Shown here: one piece after another, positions 37,864 through 48,491 of the stretch
Layout: each line of letters begins with the position of its first letter
How positions within the stretch are numbered: position 1 is the first letter of the stretch
DNA from: Elusimicrobiota bacterium
Lineage (GTDB): Bacteria > Elusimicrobiota > Endomicrobiia > Endomicrobiales > JBDRNC01
Length of the DNA: 64,000 bases
Direction: 5' to 3'
NCBI GenBank assembly: GCA_043811535.1
Contig: JBDRNC010000012.1
Location: 32,001 to 96,000, forward strand
Made by a program: the position numbers and the translations under genes
Notes under the pieces: model-generated
Database searches by the model: none
Told to the model about the DNA's origin: nothing
Seen by the model: the letters and a program-made list of their open reading frames with translations, nothing else

Positions 37864-40590
37864 TTATTTTATAACCACGAATTTACCGGAAGAAACCCTT
37901 GCGCCGTCCCGCATAAGCATGAAAAGATAGATCCCGCTCGCCATCAAGGATCCGTCGGACGATTTGCCGTCCCATGTAATCATGCCGTCGTTGTAGTTCT
38001 CGTCCGCGTATAAGCCGTCGTCTTTAAGGGTTACAACCAGTTCTCCTGAAATAGTATATACCTTCAGCACGCCGTCAGTTACAATGTTGACGAAATGTAT
38101 GTTCTTTGAGCCCTTGAACGGGTAATACGGATTCGGATACACGAATACTTCCTGGCTCTCTACGTCAAGATCAGAGAACTCCAAATTATTCGCGCTGTCC
38201 TTTCCTATGATGTTCTGGGCCACGGCGCGCGCGGAAACTTTTTGGCCTACAAGGCCGGACGCGTTCCATCCGGCCGCGTATTCGGAGTTGTCGGTATCAT
38301 AATCGGTCGAGATGGTTTTCCATTCTATGCCGTCAAGACTATATTCAAACCTGACGCCTTCCATTGCTTTGTCGCTAGTATAACTGCTCGCGTTCGCCGA
38401 CATGAGATTCCTGGGGCCGAGCACCATTCCGCTTGCCACGAGCTCCCCATTGGATTTAAAGCTTGTCGGAGTTACAGGCGGGGCAGCGGCTTTATCGCCG
38501 AGTTGAATATCGTCCACATAAACGGTTTTCGGCGAAGCCGGATCCGGGAACAGAGCCATGTGTATCGCGTTCAATTTCGTCTTATCAACGCCCGAGAACT
38601 CCGAAAGGTTGATCTTCTGCCGGACCCATCCCGCAGTGGCAGTCACAGTCACTTCATTGCTGTTGTGAACCGAACCGACGGCATCCTGTATCTTTACCCT
38701 GACTTCTTCGCCCCCGGCATTCCCCTTGAGATAAAATACCAGGGAGTCATAGTTTGAGACATTCGTGCCGTTCACGCTAATCCACGCGCCGTTGCGCCCG
38801 AACTCGATATTATCTATGTACAACGTTCCGGATGTATGTACGGAATCGATGTCCTGCGCGAACGAGACAGTTATGGCGTTCACGCCGCTCTGGACCCAGC
38901 CATTTTCTTTTGCCAGGAAATCCGACAATTTTATCTTCACTTCCTGCCATGTTCCCGTGGCGCCGGCCGAGATATAGCTCTTTATATTGACTTTGGGTTC
39001 ATGCCCGAAATTATCCCTTAGGCCGACATGGAAATCAAGGCCGTTTACAGTGCTCTTTACCCAGAAACTCAGATCATCGTACGTAAGATTCTGGTAAGTG
39101 ATTAAATCCATGACTATACCGGTATTTCTGCTGGCGGAATCGGGATTCACGTAATTAAATTCGATTTCCAAGGATTGACCCGCTGAGCCGTAGTACTCGC
39201 TGTTAGTATAAGTCGCCGTGGAACCAATGTTATGAGGATTATTCCAGTGATTTTGGTTTGATCCGCCCCAATAATTATTGCCGCCATTATCAAAATCGTC
39301 TACGAGTCCTTCGGTTCCCGAGTATATCTTGCCGGAGTACGCCCCGCTGTTTACATTGGAATTTTCAAACGAGAATGTTCCTTTGCCAAGCGTCCCCTGA
39401 TATCCTCCGGCTTCGTTCACATTGCCTATATTGCCGCTTTCAAAATCGAGCAGGTTCATCCATGCGAACTGGTGGAATAGTATATCATCAATAAATATCA
39501 TGCCCTTGAGAAACGGCGCGAAGGTGATGGAATAGAGGTCCATGCACGAATAATCCAGCCCAATAAAGGCACTGAACGGGATATAGACCTTCCGCCACGC
39601 GTCTTTTTCCAGCCCGTTCCGTGTATCGCCAACCTCGTATTGGATATAGTTGTTGATGCCTACTTTCTTTTCTAGCCCGTTTGTGTCTTTGAGACCGAAC
39701 TCGAAAGTTTCCCCGCCATTCGTTCCGTTGACCCAGAACGATACGGCCCCATAGTTGGCAATGTTCTTTTCGTTCAAAGAATGCAAGTATCCAAAGTAGT
39801 CGTCCGCGGGAACCATGTCGCCCGCGGTTTCGCCGTACCAGAACTGCAGCGATTTTCCGGCCCTGCCGTGCACCTGCCCGGGCTCCGCGTCAAAGTAATA
39901 TGTTTTCAGCACCTTATCCTTCGCGGATTCGGGCCAGACACGCCCTGTCCCGTCGAATTTATTCGTTTCGCTTCCCCTGTTGAAATCGTCCAGCAACAGG
40001 TTTCTTATCGTAAACTGATCCGGATCCGGTTCAAGCGCAAGGTTGTCCAGCCGGAACGAGCCCGAGGCGATCTCTCCCGGCGCGAAAAACACCATGATCC
40101 TGTTTATCCTGCTCCTGTCGGCTTCTCTCCAATCAAGTTTCGAAATGTCCCATTCAACGCGCGTCCATCCCGTGACATTAGTCGCGGCTACCGTGCCCAC
40201 GTCAGCCGTTTCCTTGGAGTCTGTATCCACGAATTTTATGAGCAGTCTTACGCTGCCGTAAACATCCGCCGTTACTTTCGTGTACTTCCCGAAATTATGC
40301 GCGTTCCCGGACCCCATCAGGTTGTCGCACATGAGATATGTCCACTCGGCCCCGCTCGTTTTCGCATAGCTGCAGTACATGTTCGGAGTGCCGTCTTCCG
40401 TAACGTCTGAATTGATCTGAAACACGAACGTGGACTGCATAGCGTCCGATATCACGTACCACCAGCTCGCGTCCGGGCTATTCGCGTCATCGCTCAGCGA
40501 AGAGTCATTATTGAAATTATCAATGACTTTCGCCGCGGCGTGCGGGCCGAGCAATATCAACGCCATCATCATCAATAGGGTCTTTTTCAT
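37864..40590 (-). CDS. Secreted multi-CBM (CBM11/CIA30-like) protein with T9SS type A-like / FlgD-Ig C-terminal domain
   Basis: Four D[DN]F...[YF]IDD-type modules; VYPNPY...VYTISGELV...WDGK...ASGIYLF...KFVVIK. Confidence 0.8.
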   Translation of the reverse strand: MKKTLLMMMALILLGPHAAAKVIDNFNNDSSLSDDANSPDASWWYVISDAMQSTFVFQINSDVTEDGTPNMYCSYAKTSGAEWTYLMCDNLMGSGNAHNFGKYTKVTADVYGSVRLLIKFVDTDSKETADVGTVAATNVTGWTRVEWDISKLDWREADRSRINRIMVFFAPGEIASGSFRLDNLALEPDPDQFTIRNLLLDDFNRGSETNKFDGTGRVWPESAKDKVLKTYYFDAEPGQVHGRAGKSLQFWYGETAGDMVPADDYFGYLHSLNEKNIANYGAVSFWVNGTNGGETFEFGLKDTNGLEKKVGINNYIQYEVGDTRNGLEKDAWRKVYIPFSAFIGLDYSCMDLYSITFAPFLKGMIFIDDILFHQFAWMNLLDFESGNIGNVNEAGGYQGTLGKGTFSFENSNVNSGAYSGKIYSGTEGLVDDFDNGGNNYWGGSNQNHWNNPHNIGSTATYTNSEYYGSAGQSLEIEFNYVNPDSASRNTGIVMDLITYQNLTYDDLSFWVKSTVNGLDFHVGLRDNFGHEPKVNIKSYISAGATGTWQEVKIKLSDFLAKENGWVQSGVNAITVSFAQDIDSVHTSGTLYIDNIEFGRNGAWISVNGTNVSNYDSLVFYLKGNAGGEEVRVKIQDAVGSVHNSNEVTVTATAGWVRQKINLSEFSGVDKTKLNAIHMALFPDPASPKTVYVDDIQLGDKAAAPPVTPTSFKSNGELVASGMVLGPRNLMSANASSYTSDKAMEGVRFEYSLDGIEWKTISTDYDTDNSEYAAGWNASGLVGQKVSARAVAQNIIGKDSANNLEFSDLDVESQEVFVYPNPYYPFKGSKNIHFVNIVTDGVLKVYTISGELVVTLKDDGLYADENYNDGMITWDGKSSDGSLMASGIYLFMLMRDGARVSSGKFVVIK

Positions 40591-40594
40591 TTCA

Positions 40595-43012
40595 TTACCA
40601 CTGGAAATACGCTTTTATGTAGTAGTACTCGTACCTCTGCCGGTTGTCTTCCTTGAGCGCTTCCTGATTCACGAACTTCACTCCGCCTCCGACAAGAAGC
40701 GGGCGGTTCCAGTACTGGTCGTTATGCGTTATTTCGATGGCGAACACGTACCTGACGCTGTCGTTATCCTCTAAAAGATCGTCGTAAATAACGACCTGCT
40801 CCCCCATGAACAGGCTTGTTTTATCAGTCAGTTTATTCTTGAATATCAGGGCGAAGGCGTCCTTTCTCCAGTTACCCAGCAATCTGATGAAATCATCTTC
40901 GGTAGTCTGCTCGTTCCATCTTTCAAGTTTATACATCGGGGCGAACTGCCATTGTTTCAACCCCGGCATATTCTTGAACGGGAACCAATCGTTGACGAAT
41001 ATCTTAAGTATGCCGTTCTGGTGCTCGCGGAACTCGCTGGAATAATACCGCAGGTCGGTGCCGTACAGGTACCTGTTTGTGAAAGTCAGGCTACTGAACA
41101 ATTTATAGTTAACCGTGACGTAAGTGTCATTCAACAGATTGTTCCTGAAAGGCACTTTATCTTCCCAGCCCTCCGAACCCTGCCAGTAATTTCTCACGTC
41201 CTGGTTCTGTATGGTTGGATCATATACGAGGCTGTCGGGTATGCTGTCCTTTGTGTTTTTAACTTCATGCCGCAATTCAACGCTTACTTTAGAAAAATTT
41301 AAGTTATATTTTGCCTTTCCGAAAATAGTCTGGTTGCGCCTGTCAGACATTTTCTCGTAGGCATTAACGAACGAGGATTGAAGCTTCATGCCCGAGAACG
41401 GCCTATAGGCGCCGGAAAATGTGTAGCCTTTCTGCCCTTCCCTGTACGGATAGTCGGGCTTGGTATCGTTTTCTTCGTTGTCAAATGCGATGTTGTTGTT
41501 TAAATCAATCCCCTCGCGGAAACGGGTGTCAAGTATGAATAAAATGAAATCGTCGTCGCTGCGTGTTCCCGGGTACTCCTTGTACAGCGGCACGTATTCA
41601 TCCACGATATCGGGCTTGTCGTCTTTGTCGTCGTTGTCCTCCACCGCCCACGACGCGTCGTAGTTATGGTCGATATCGTACACCTCTCCTGTGATCAGCA
41701 CCGGATAGAATTCCCTGCTGAAGTTAACGTACATTGCGTTGCCTACTTCGTCGGTCCTTTCGCCTTTTTCTGTAGGGTACTTGAAAAACTTTCTGCTGGA
41801 CGCGAATTCGGCCTTGAACGGCACGTTAATACCGGGTATATTCCCTTCAATGTCGTATCCCAGCACAGTCGTACCCGTTTCTTCTCCGTAAACATAGGTT
41901 ATCGTATTTTTATTTGAGTAATCTTTGGGATTCCCGGGCGCCCTTGCTACCAGATAATACTTGAGGTCGTCCCTGGATGCTTCTATTTTATAATCGTTCG
42001 CAACCGTGATTAAGAACCTGACGGATGTCACGTTCTTATTGAGCATCGCGTTGATTCCGTCAAGGTTGAATCTGTAGACTATAAAATCATTGGGTCCGCT
42101 GGCCTCGAGTTTCGCGGATGACCACGTATATGTCCCCCAGTAGGCCACGTCGCTGCCCGCGCTGCCCCCCGTAACGGACAGCGAAGGTATCTCTTCGCCG
42201 TTGACAAATGTGCGTATCTCGTAGACAGCCGCGCCGTTCCAGTCGGAATCGCCCTCTTCATTCTTCGGCGAATCATCCCTGAATCTTAAATACAAGGCCG
42301 TCGGAAGATTATCATTGATCACTCCCGACAAAGGGCCCTGGGAGGAGTAGAAATCCGGCTGAGTAAAATCATTTGTCGTGAAATTGGTGTAGTGCTGGTT
42401 GACAAAGGAAAAGCCCATTTTCATGCCGAACACTTCGGTCCTGCGCCTCATCGCAACAAAGTACTGGTCCTTGTTTATATTGGAAGTCCACCACTGGTCC
42501 TGGGTATCGCTGCCCGATGAATTGTAATACGCGGTCTTTGCCACGAGACCAACCCATTCATCATCCCCTTTTGTGGCCCTGAGCCGCGCGTTGCGCTGGT
42601 CCCACCACCTGCCCCAGTCCCATTGCCAGTTTCCCCACCATCCCCAGTTGTAATATGATGGAGAATATCCCCACCTGAACCTTGTGATATGAAGAGTAAG
42701 CGGCGTGAACCACGTTTCAAACCTGCCGAGCCTCAGCTCATACTCCCTGCCGTTGATCCATTCGTACAGCTTTAACTCGCTCCCGAAATCCCTCATGAAC
42801 CTGTCCATGTTGACATTATTTGAATAATAGTTTCCCTGGAACCCGCCGTCAGGACTGCCGTAAGCCCAGAATTCATAGAGAGAATCTCCGCTGAAAAGGA
42901 AATCTCCTTTGATATCATATATATCGGTATAGGAAAACAAGGCGGGATGCATCAGGACGATGCCCAGTAATGAAAAACTCAGGATTTTAAGTAATTTTGC
43001 GCGCATTTTCAC
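40595..43012 (-). CDS. Putative large outer-membrane beta-barrel protein
   Basis: Signal peptide; amphipathic aromatic strands; C-terminal YYYIKAYFQW; Asp-rich loops. Confidence 0.65.
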   Translation of the reverse strand: MKMRAKLLKILSFSLLGIVLMHPALFSYTDIYDIKGDFLFSGDSLYEFWAYGSPDGGFQGNYYSNNVNMDRFMRDFGSELKLYEWINGREYELRLGRFETWFTPLTLHITRFRWGYSPSYYNWGWWGNWQWDWGRWWDQRNARLRATKGDDEWVGLVAKTAYYNSSGSDTQDQWWTSNINKDQYFVAMRRRTEVFGMKMGFSFVNQHYTNFTTNDFTQPDFYSSQGPLSGVINDNLPTALYLRFRDDSPKNEEGDSDWNGAAVYEIRTFVNGEEIPSLSVTGGSAGSDVAYWGTYTWSSAKLEASGPNDFIVYRFNLDGINAMLNKNVTSVRFLITVANDYKIEASRDDLKYYLVARAPGNPKDYSNKNTITYVYGEETGTTVLGYDIEGNIPGINVPFKAEFASSRKFFKYPTEKGERTDEVGNAMYVNFSREFYPVLITGEVYDIDHNYDASWAVEDNDDKDDKPDIVDEYVPLYKEYPGTRSDDDFILFILDTRFREGIDLNNNIAFDNEENDTKPDYPYREGQKGYTFSGAYRPFSGMKLQSSFVNAYEKMSDRRNQTIFGKAKYNLNFSKVSVELRHEVKNTKDSIPDSLVYDPTIQNQDVRNYWQGSEGWEDKVPFRNNLLNDTYVTVNYKLFSSLTFTNRYLYGTDLRYYSSEFREHQNGILKIFVNDWFPFKNMPGLKQWQFAPMYKLERWNEQTTEDDFIRLLGNWRKDAFALIFKNKLTDKTSLFMGEQVVIYDDLLEDNDSVRYVFAIEITHNDQYWNRPLLVGGGVKFVNQEALKEDNRQRYEYYYIKAYFQW

Positions 43013-43018
43013 TGTTTT

Positions 43019-43555
43019 TTAGTAGGCATCAGCGTCTAGAGAACCGTACCTGGCCACTACACCGGTGACAAGTTTGACCGGCCCTTCCCACAACCCGCCG
43101 CCGCCGCTGCCATCATTAACCCTGATAGCGATCACGTTGTCCTGGTCAAATCTCACAAGTTCTTTAGGTATTGCGTATTTGCGGTATGTCTGCCATCCGG
43201 TTGAAGCCCCTATCGACTGGCCGTTGAAGAACACTTCGTCGTCATCGTCTATTTTGCCTATATCAAAAATAATCCCCGCCGCTTTTTCCCAATCGGCAGG
43301 GATCTGTAAGTGTTTCCTATACCAGGCAATCCCGTCATAATCAGGGTAGCCCTGGCCTTCCCAGACCGCTGGAACCCTTATGAACGACCAGTCCGCGTCC
43401 TGAGTTGATTGATTTTTCCAGTTAGAGTTGTCGCCGGTCTTAAACATCCAGTCGCCGGCAATAACCATTTCTTTTGGAGGAGAGGTTTTACCAACATCAA
43501 ACCATCCAAGAAAGGTAACGACCACTGCGGTAAGTAACCAGTATCTGAAATCCAC
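43019..43555 (-). CDS. Stand-alone galactose-binding jelly-roll domain (GH2 sugar-binding-like) protein
   Basis: W.FKTGD, VPAVWEGQG..YDGIAWYRK, GKIDDDDEVFFNG, NVIAIRV.D..G.GG. Confidence 0.8.
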   Translation of the reverse strand: MDFRYWLLTAVVVTFLGWFDVGKTSPPKEMVIAGDWMFKTGDNSNWKNQSTQDADWSFIRVPAVWEGQGYPDYDGIAWYRKHLQIPADWEKAAGIIFDIGKIDDDDEVFFNGQSIGASTGWQTYRKYAIPKELVRFDQDNVIAIRVNDGSGGGGLWEGPVKLVTGVVARYGSLDADAY

Positions 43556-43645
43556 TTTGCTTAAGCCTCCATTGAAACATTAAAATAATGGAAACCTGCC
43601 CCGGATACATCTCTTGGCAGACCTGACTGCCAAACAATCAAAAAC

Positions 43646-43659
43646 TGTAACCGTTTACC
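43646..43659. promoter_or_regulatory. Candidate LacI-family operator
   Basis: TGTAACCGTTTACC; related sites at 43782, 44029, 48617 and 54586. Confidence 0.6.
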
Positions 43660-43795
43660 TTGAAATAAGGTTAGCATAACTCTCTTAGATTTGTCAAGGG
43701 GTTTTTTATTTTTCCTATTAATGCGACTATCTGCGGTAAATTCTTTCAAATGTTTATCTCAATAAAATGCTCGCGCTTTCATGTAATCGATTGCA

Positions 43796-43970
43796 GTGGA
43801 GCCCCTCCCCGAAAGAGTCGGGGAGGCTCCAAAAATTACGCGACCTCCCGCGACTTCCTCTGTGTATTTAACGGAGTCCATGCGCAGTCGGACGGCTCCG
43901 TCCACATTCCTCCCCCGACAGGAGTCGGGCCCGCCGCGGCGGGCATAACCGCGGGATTAATAAGTTTTCA
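43796..43970 (-). mobile_element. Non-autonomous IS200/IS605-type element (PATE), copy with nested inserts
   Basis: Homologous to 54354-54463; terminal hairpins; flanking TTGAT at 43971-43975 on the minus strand. Confidence 0.65.
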
Positions 43971-44116
43971 ATCAAGATTTCTTTCTTTACATTACAATGT
44001 ATCCAAACAAAACGGAAAGGAGTCCTCATTCAACCGTTTACTGTAAAAGAAAGGCCAGCAGAACTCCTTCCCGCCTGTCAAGCAATTATTTGAAATATCT
44101 GCGTTAATCTATATCA

Positions 44117-45457
44117 TTATTGCCGCTTTCCTGTGAGCAAAGCGTTGGCTTTCGGCACGCCTTTGTCCATCCCTTCCTTGGGGGATATCCGTCCGCCGTT
44201 GATCAGGTCAATGTTAGGAATAATGAATCTTTGCCACGCTTCATTCCATAACGGATGGAAAGGATCATAAACAACATACTTCACCGCTTCGTTAAGCATT
44301 CCCTTATTAAGCGGAGGCTTTGTATCCTGAGCCCAATGTTTTCCTTTGGCGATTCTCATATTAGCCGGCTGGGCAAGCCCGGTGTCCGCAAGCATCTCCT
44401 GCCCGTAATCACCTGCCAGGCATTTTATGACTTCCCACGCTTCATCCGGATTCTTGCACATGCTCATTATGGCGTAACCCGAACCGCCTGTCCCGAACGC
44501 GCGCTTGCCGGTATTGCTCTTCGGAAACATTGCCACGTCCCAATCAAAGTTCTTGGCGATCATCCTTCTTAAATTGGGGGTTTCCCATATCCCCGACTGA
44601 AACATCGCGGTTTTCTGCATCGTAAACATCTGGCAAGAGTTAAGCCCCATGTTGCTCACCGCGTCCGGTCTCGCAGACACGAAATGCTTAAAGGCAAGAT
44701 CTATGCTGTACTGCAGGCCCTTCTGCGCGGCCGGCTGGTCCAGCAGGCACTTTGTCGGATTGTTTATATCGTCTACGAATTTCCCGCCGAAAGCATAAAC
44801 GAAATTATGCCACGACCATCCGTGGTAGCCGTATTGCTTGATCTTTTTCTCGTTGAAACCCGGCTCGCCGGGATGTTTTCCGTTTTCGTCAAGCGTCAGC
44901 TTTTTCGCGGTATCCAGGAACTGGTCAAAATTCCAGCTGTCCTTCGGGAAAGGAACACCCATTTTTTTGAAGAGATCCTTGTTGTAAAAAACGCACGCGA
45001 AAGGCGCGGTGTCCCTGGGTATGCAGAATACTTTTCCGTTGCGGGTGAAACGCGCCACTACTTCCGGAAAGAATTCCTTAATATTGAAATCTTTGTCCTT
45101 TTTCAAGAAAGACGTAAGGTCGAGCAGGGCGTTCTTGTAGAAGAACGTGACAAATACGTTGACTTCGCAGAAGATAATATCGGGCGGATTTCCGCCGGCA
45201 ATCTCGGTCAGCACTTTATCCTGATATGAAGCCGGTATATGCTCGAGAATGACCTTTATATTCGGATGGTCTTTTTCCCAACGCCTTACCGTATCGGTTA
45301 TTATGTCTTTTTCTTCCACTGCTCCCCAGAATGCGACCTTGATTGGGATCTGACCGGGAGCTACCGTAGTATCTTCCGACTTTTTTCCGCAGCCGGCGAA
45401 CAGGCCCACAACCATGACAAACACAAGCAATAACTCCAGCTTAAACTTTCTGAACAT
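44117..45457 (-). CDS. Sugar ABC transporter substrate-binding lipoprotein (CUT1)
   Basis: Lipobox FAGC; PPDI; FYNKDLF; AMFQSG.W; FDWDVA. Confidence 0.92.
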   Translation of the reverse strand: MFRKFKLELLLVFVMVVGLFAGCGKKSEDTTVAPGQIPIKVAFWGAVEEKDIITDTVRRWEKDHPNIKVILEHIPASYQDKVLTEIAGGNPPDIIFCEVNVFVTFFYKNALLDLTSFLKKDKDFNIKEFFPEVVARFTRNGKVFCIPRDTAPFACVFYNKDLFKKMGVPFPKDSWNFDQFLDTAKKLTLDENGKHPGEPGFNEKKIKQYGYHGWSWHNFVYAFGGKFVDDINNPTKCLLDQPAAQKGLQYSIDLAFKHFVSARPDAVSNMGLNSCQMFTMQKTAMFQSGIWETPNLRRMIAKNFDWDVAMFPKSNTGKRAFGTGGSGYAIMSMCKNPDEAWEVIKCLAGDYGQEMLADTGLAQPANMRIAKGKHWAQDTKPPLNKGMLNEAVKYVVYDPFHPLWNEAWQRFIIPNIDLINGGRISPKEGMDKGVPKANALLTGKRQ

Positions 45458-45511
45458 CTTACTCCTCCTCTTAAATATATTGTCTTCCGTCTTCCATCTT
45501 CTATCTTCCGT

Positions 45512-46357
45512 CTATCCTTTAAGTCCGCTTAACGCGATGCCTTTTGTGAAGAATCTCTGGTTGAATATAAACACAAACAACGCGGGCACGAGCACGATGA
45601 TTGAACCTGCCATCAAAAGCGTCCAATTGGTAGAATACATATCCTGAAAATACGAAAGGCCCACGGGGAGCGTCTTCATCTCTTCAGTGGAAGTGATTAT
45701 CAGCGGCCATACAAAACTCTGCCAGTTGCCGAGAAACGTGAACGTGGCCAGCGTGGCGAGTGCCGGTTTCGAAAGAGGCAGTATGATCTGCCAGTATATC
45801 CTCCAGAGACTGCACCCGTCTATCTTGGCGGCGTCCTCGAGCTCAGACGGCAGCGTCATGAAGAACTGCCTCAGCATGAATGTGCCGTACGCCGTGAATA
45901 TACCGGGGATTATAAGCGCCTTATAGGTGTTAAGCCAGTCAAGCTTCTTCATAAGGATGAAAACAGGGATAGTGGTGACCATCCCCGGGATCATCATTGT
46001 CGCGAGATACGCGAAGAATATTTTATCGCGTCCGGGGAATTTCAGGCGCGAGAAAGCATACGCCGCCATAGAGCTTGTCACGAGCTGCCCCAGAGTTACC
46101 GCGAGGGCGATGTAAAGACTGTTGAGGTAAAATCTCCCAAAAGGTATGGCGTTCCACGCTTCAATGTAATTCGTGAATACTATCGGATTGGGAATGAGCG
46201 AAAGGGACGAACTGAAAACCTGTGAAGGTTCTTTCAATGAAGAGCTTAACATCCACATGAACGGGAGGAGCATTGTTATCCCGAAGATTGTAAGCGCGGC
46301 GTAGGCAACCGTCTTGTTCAGAATGTCTTTTAGCAATTTGATCTGAGATAATGTCAT
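45512..46357 (-). CDS. Carbohydrate ABC transporter permease (MalG-like)
   Basis: EAA loop ELEDAAKIDG; QRFFTKGI..SG.KG. Confidence 0.95.
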   Translation of the reverse strand: MTLSQIKLLKDILNKTVAYAALTIFGITMLLPFMWMLSSSLKEPSQVFSSSLSLIPNPIVFTNYIEAWNAIPFGRFYLNSLYIALAVTLGQLVTSSMAAYAFSRLKFPGRDKIFFAYLATMMIPGMVTTIPVFILMKKLDWLNTYKALIIPGIFTAYGTFMLRQFFMTLPSELEDAAKIDGCSLWRIYWQIILPLSKPALATLATFTFLGNWQSFVWPLIITSTEEMKTLPVGLSYFQDMYSTNWTLLMAGSIIVLVPALFVFIFNQRFFTKGIALSGLKG

Positions 46358-46437
46358 AGTTTTCTCCGGTGCTTCTTTGTTTTTTATTGCCGTTAACTTT
46401 CAACTATTCACTAATAACTAATCACTAATTACTGTCT

Positions 46438-47418
46438 TTATAGCGTCGAATACTGGACTTTTCTGCCGCCGTATTTCCAATTCACAATAGTCACGATAAA
46501 TATTACGACAAACAGGAACCACGCAAGCGCCGAGGCCTTGCCCATCCAGAACCACACAAAAGCATTGTTATATATGTAATACTCTATTGTTGTCGTTGCG
46601 TTGCCCGGTCCGCCCCTGGTCATAAGGTACGCGTTCTGAAATCCCCCCTGGAAACCTCCGATCACGCTCATAATGAATATGAAAAATGTCGTAGGAGATA
46701 TCATCGGAACTGTTACGTGGCGGAACTTCTGCCAAAAATTGGCGCCGTCTATATCGGCCGCTTCATAAAGATGCTGCGGAATGCCCTGGAGAGCGGCCAG
46801 ATAAAGGATCATGTTGTACCCGCCTATGCCGCCCCATAAACCCATTATCATCAAACTGATCTTGGCCCATACCGGATGCATAAGCCAGGCGGGGCCGGCT
46901 ATCCCTACGTAGCTCAGTATCGTATTGAGCATGCCGTAGTCCGGGTTGTATATCCATTTCCATAACAGGGCAAGCGCGACAGCCGAAGAAACCGACGGCA
47001 GGAAAAAAATTGTCCTGAAGAATACGATGCCTCTCAGGGACTGGTTCATGATAAGCGCGACAAAAAGCGAACCGACCATGCCTATCGGTATGCCAAGCAT
47101 CAGGAACATCGTATTGTAAATGAAATACCACATATCGGGATCGTTGGAAACGATGTAGTTCCAGAAGAACAGCTTGTCTGTCACTGAATTAAAAATATAT
47201 CCGGTCTTGATGTGAAAACCGAATATCGCCGTGAAATTATCGAACCACACCCACTGCGGCGGATTGAACAGGTCCCAGTTCATAAAACTCAGCACAAATG
47301 AGGCTATGACGGGCAGGAACGTGAAAACAAGAAAACCGGTCAGGTTGGGCATAATAAAAGAATAGGCTATCACGCCTTCTTTGTTAAAAAAATCTGAGAT
47401 TTTTTGTTTCATTTTCAT
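46438..47418 (-). CDS. Carbohydrate ABC transporter permease (MalF-like)
   Basis: LYEAADIDGA; RTIFFLP; MTRGGP. Confidence 0.95.
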   Translation of the reverse strand: MKMKQKISDFFNKEGVIAYSFIMPNLTGFLVFTFLPVIASFVLSFMNWDLFNPPQWVWFDNFTAIFGFHIKTGYIFNSVTDKLFFWNYIVSNDPDMWYFIYNTMFLMLGIPIGMVGSLFVALIMNQSLRGIVFFRTIFFLPSVSSAVALALLWKWIYNPDYGMLNTILSYVGIAGPAWLMHPVWAKISLMIMGLWGGIGGYNMILYLAALQGIPQHLYEAADIDGANFWQKFRHVTVPMISPTTFFIFIMSVIGGFQGGFQNAYLMTRGGPGNATTTIEYYIYNNAFVWFWMGKASALAWFLFVVIFIVTIVNWKYGGRKVQYSTL

Positions 47419-47434
47419 TTACGGCGCTCCTTTT

Positions 47435-48463
47435 TCAGGCAGAAATTACTTTCGCGGCTTCGCATTTATTGCATGATTCCCTGACTATCAATTCAACGGG
47501 AAGAACGATATTCTGCGGTTTAAATACTTTTATATCCATCTGGGCGAAAAGCATCCTGACGCCCTGTTTTCCTATTTCGCTTATCGGCTGGCGGATCGTT
47601 GTCAATGCGGGCCTGGCTTCCGACGCCATCTCCACATCGTCAAATCCTGCTACCGAGAGGTCGCCCGGCACTGATATCCCCATTTCGGCCGCAACCTGGA
47701 TACACGCGAAAGCCATTGTGTCGTTCGCGCAGAAAATCGCAGTCGGGCGCGGTTTCGCGCCGAGCAATTTCCTTGCCGCCTGGACGCCTTTTGAATAAAT
47801 AAATTCGCCGTTCGCTATCAGCTCGGAATCTACGGAAATTCCCCTTTTTCTCATTGCCAGACAAAAACCTTTGACCCTGTCCCGGGAGTTTACTATATCA
47901 TCCGGCCCGGTGATAATGCCTATGGCCCTGTGCCCGAGCCCGAGGAGGTATTCAACTGCCATTTCGGCGCCGGAGATATTATCGCAGTCAATCGTAGAGA
48001 AACCCATCATATTGTAAGTCGCGCTGAGCATTATCAGTTGTTTAGCGTATGGGAGAAGTTTTTTCAGCTGGTTTTCAGGAGGCCCTACAATTAGCAGTCC
48101 GTCAACCTGTTTTTCCCTCAGGGGAACGGTGAAATCTTTGGCGAGCAGGTTCGCGTCATAAAGCGTGAGCGAATACCTATGGTTGTTTATTTCGGATATT
48201 ATGCCCTGCAGAAGCAAGGAATAGTAGTTATCGGCGAATAAGCCTTTTGAAAAAGGAAGGAACAAACCGATGTGCGACGTGATCTGTTTAGACAGGCTTC
48301 TTGCGGCAAGGTTCGGCCTGTAGCCAAGCTCTTTAACCGTTACCAGCACTTTGGCGCGCGTGGCCTCACTGACTTTCTCGTGCTGAATGTTATTAACGAC
48401 GCGGGAAACGGTAGCAACTGAAACTTTCGATTTTTTCGCAACGTCTTTTATGGTGACGCTCAT
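47435..48463 (-). CDS. LacI-family transcriptional regulator
   Basis: TIKDVAKKSKVSVATVSRV, LGYRPN..AR.L, PTAIFCAND, GFDD, LTTIRQP. The ORF-track upstream extension is MITE-derived. Confidence 0.95.
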   Translation of the reverse strand: MSVTIKDVAKKSKVSVATVSRVVNNIQHEKVSEATRAKVLVTVKELGYRPNLAARSLSKQITSHIGLFLPFSKGLFADNYYSLLLQGIISEINNHRYSLTLYDANLLAKDFTVPLREKQVDGLLIVGPPENQLKKLLPYAKQLIMLSATYNMMGFSTIDCDNISGAEMAVEYLLGLGHRAIGIITGPDDIVNSRDRVKGFCLAMRKRGISVDSELIANGEFIYSKGVQAARKLLGAKPRPTAIFCANDTMAFACIQVAAEMGISVPGDLSVAGFDDVEMASEARPALTTIRQPISEIGKQGVRMLFAQMDIKVFKPQNIVLPVELIVRESCNKCEAAKVISA

Positions 48464-48491
48464 ATTTCCATTTCCCGGTTTAGTGATGGGG

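Noticed and set aside
43561..44046. Small ORFs 43561-43749 and 43750-44046
   Set aside because: They run through promoter, operator and PATE sequence and show no protein features.
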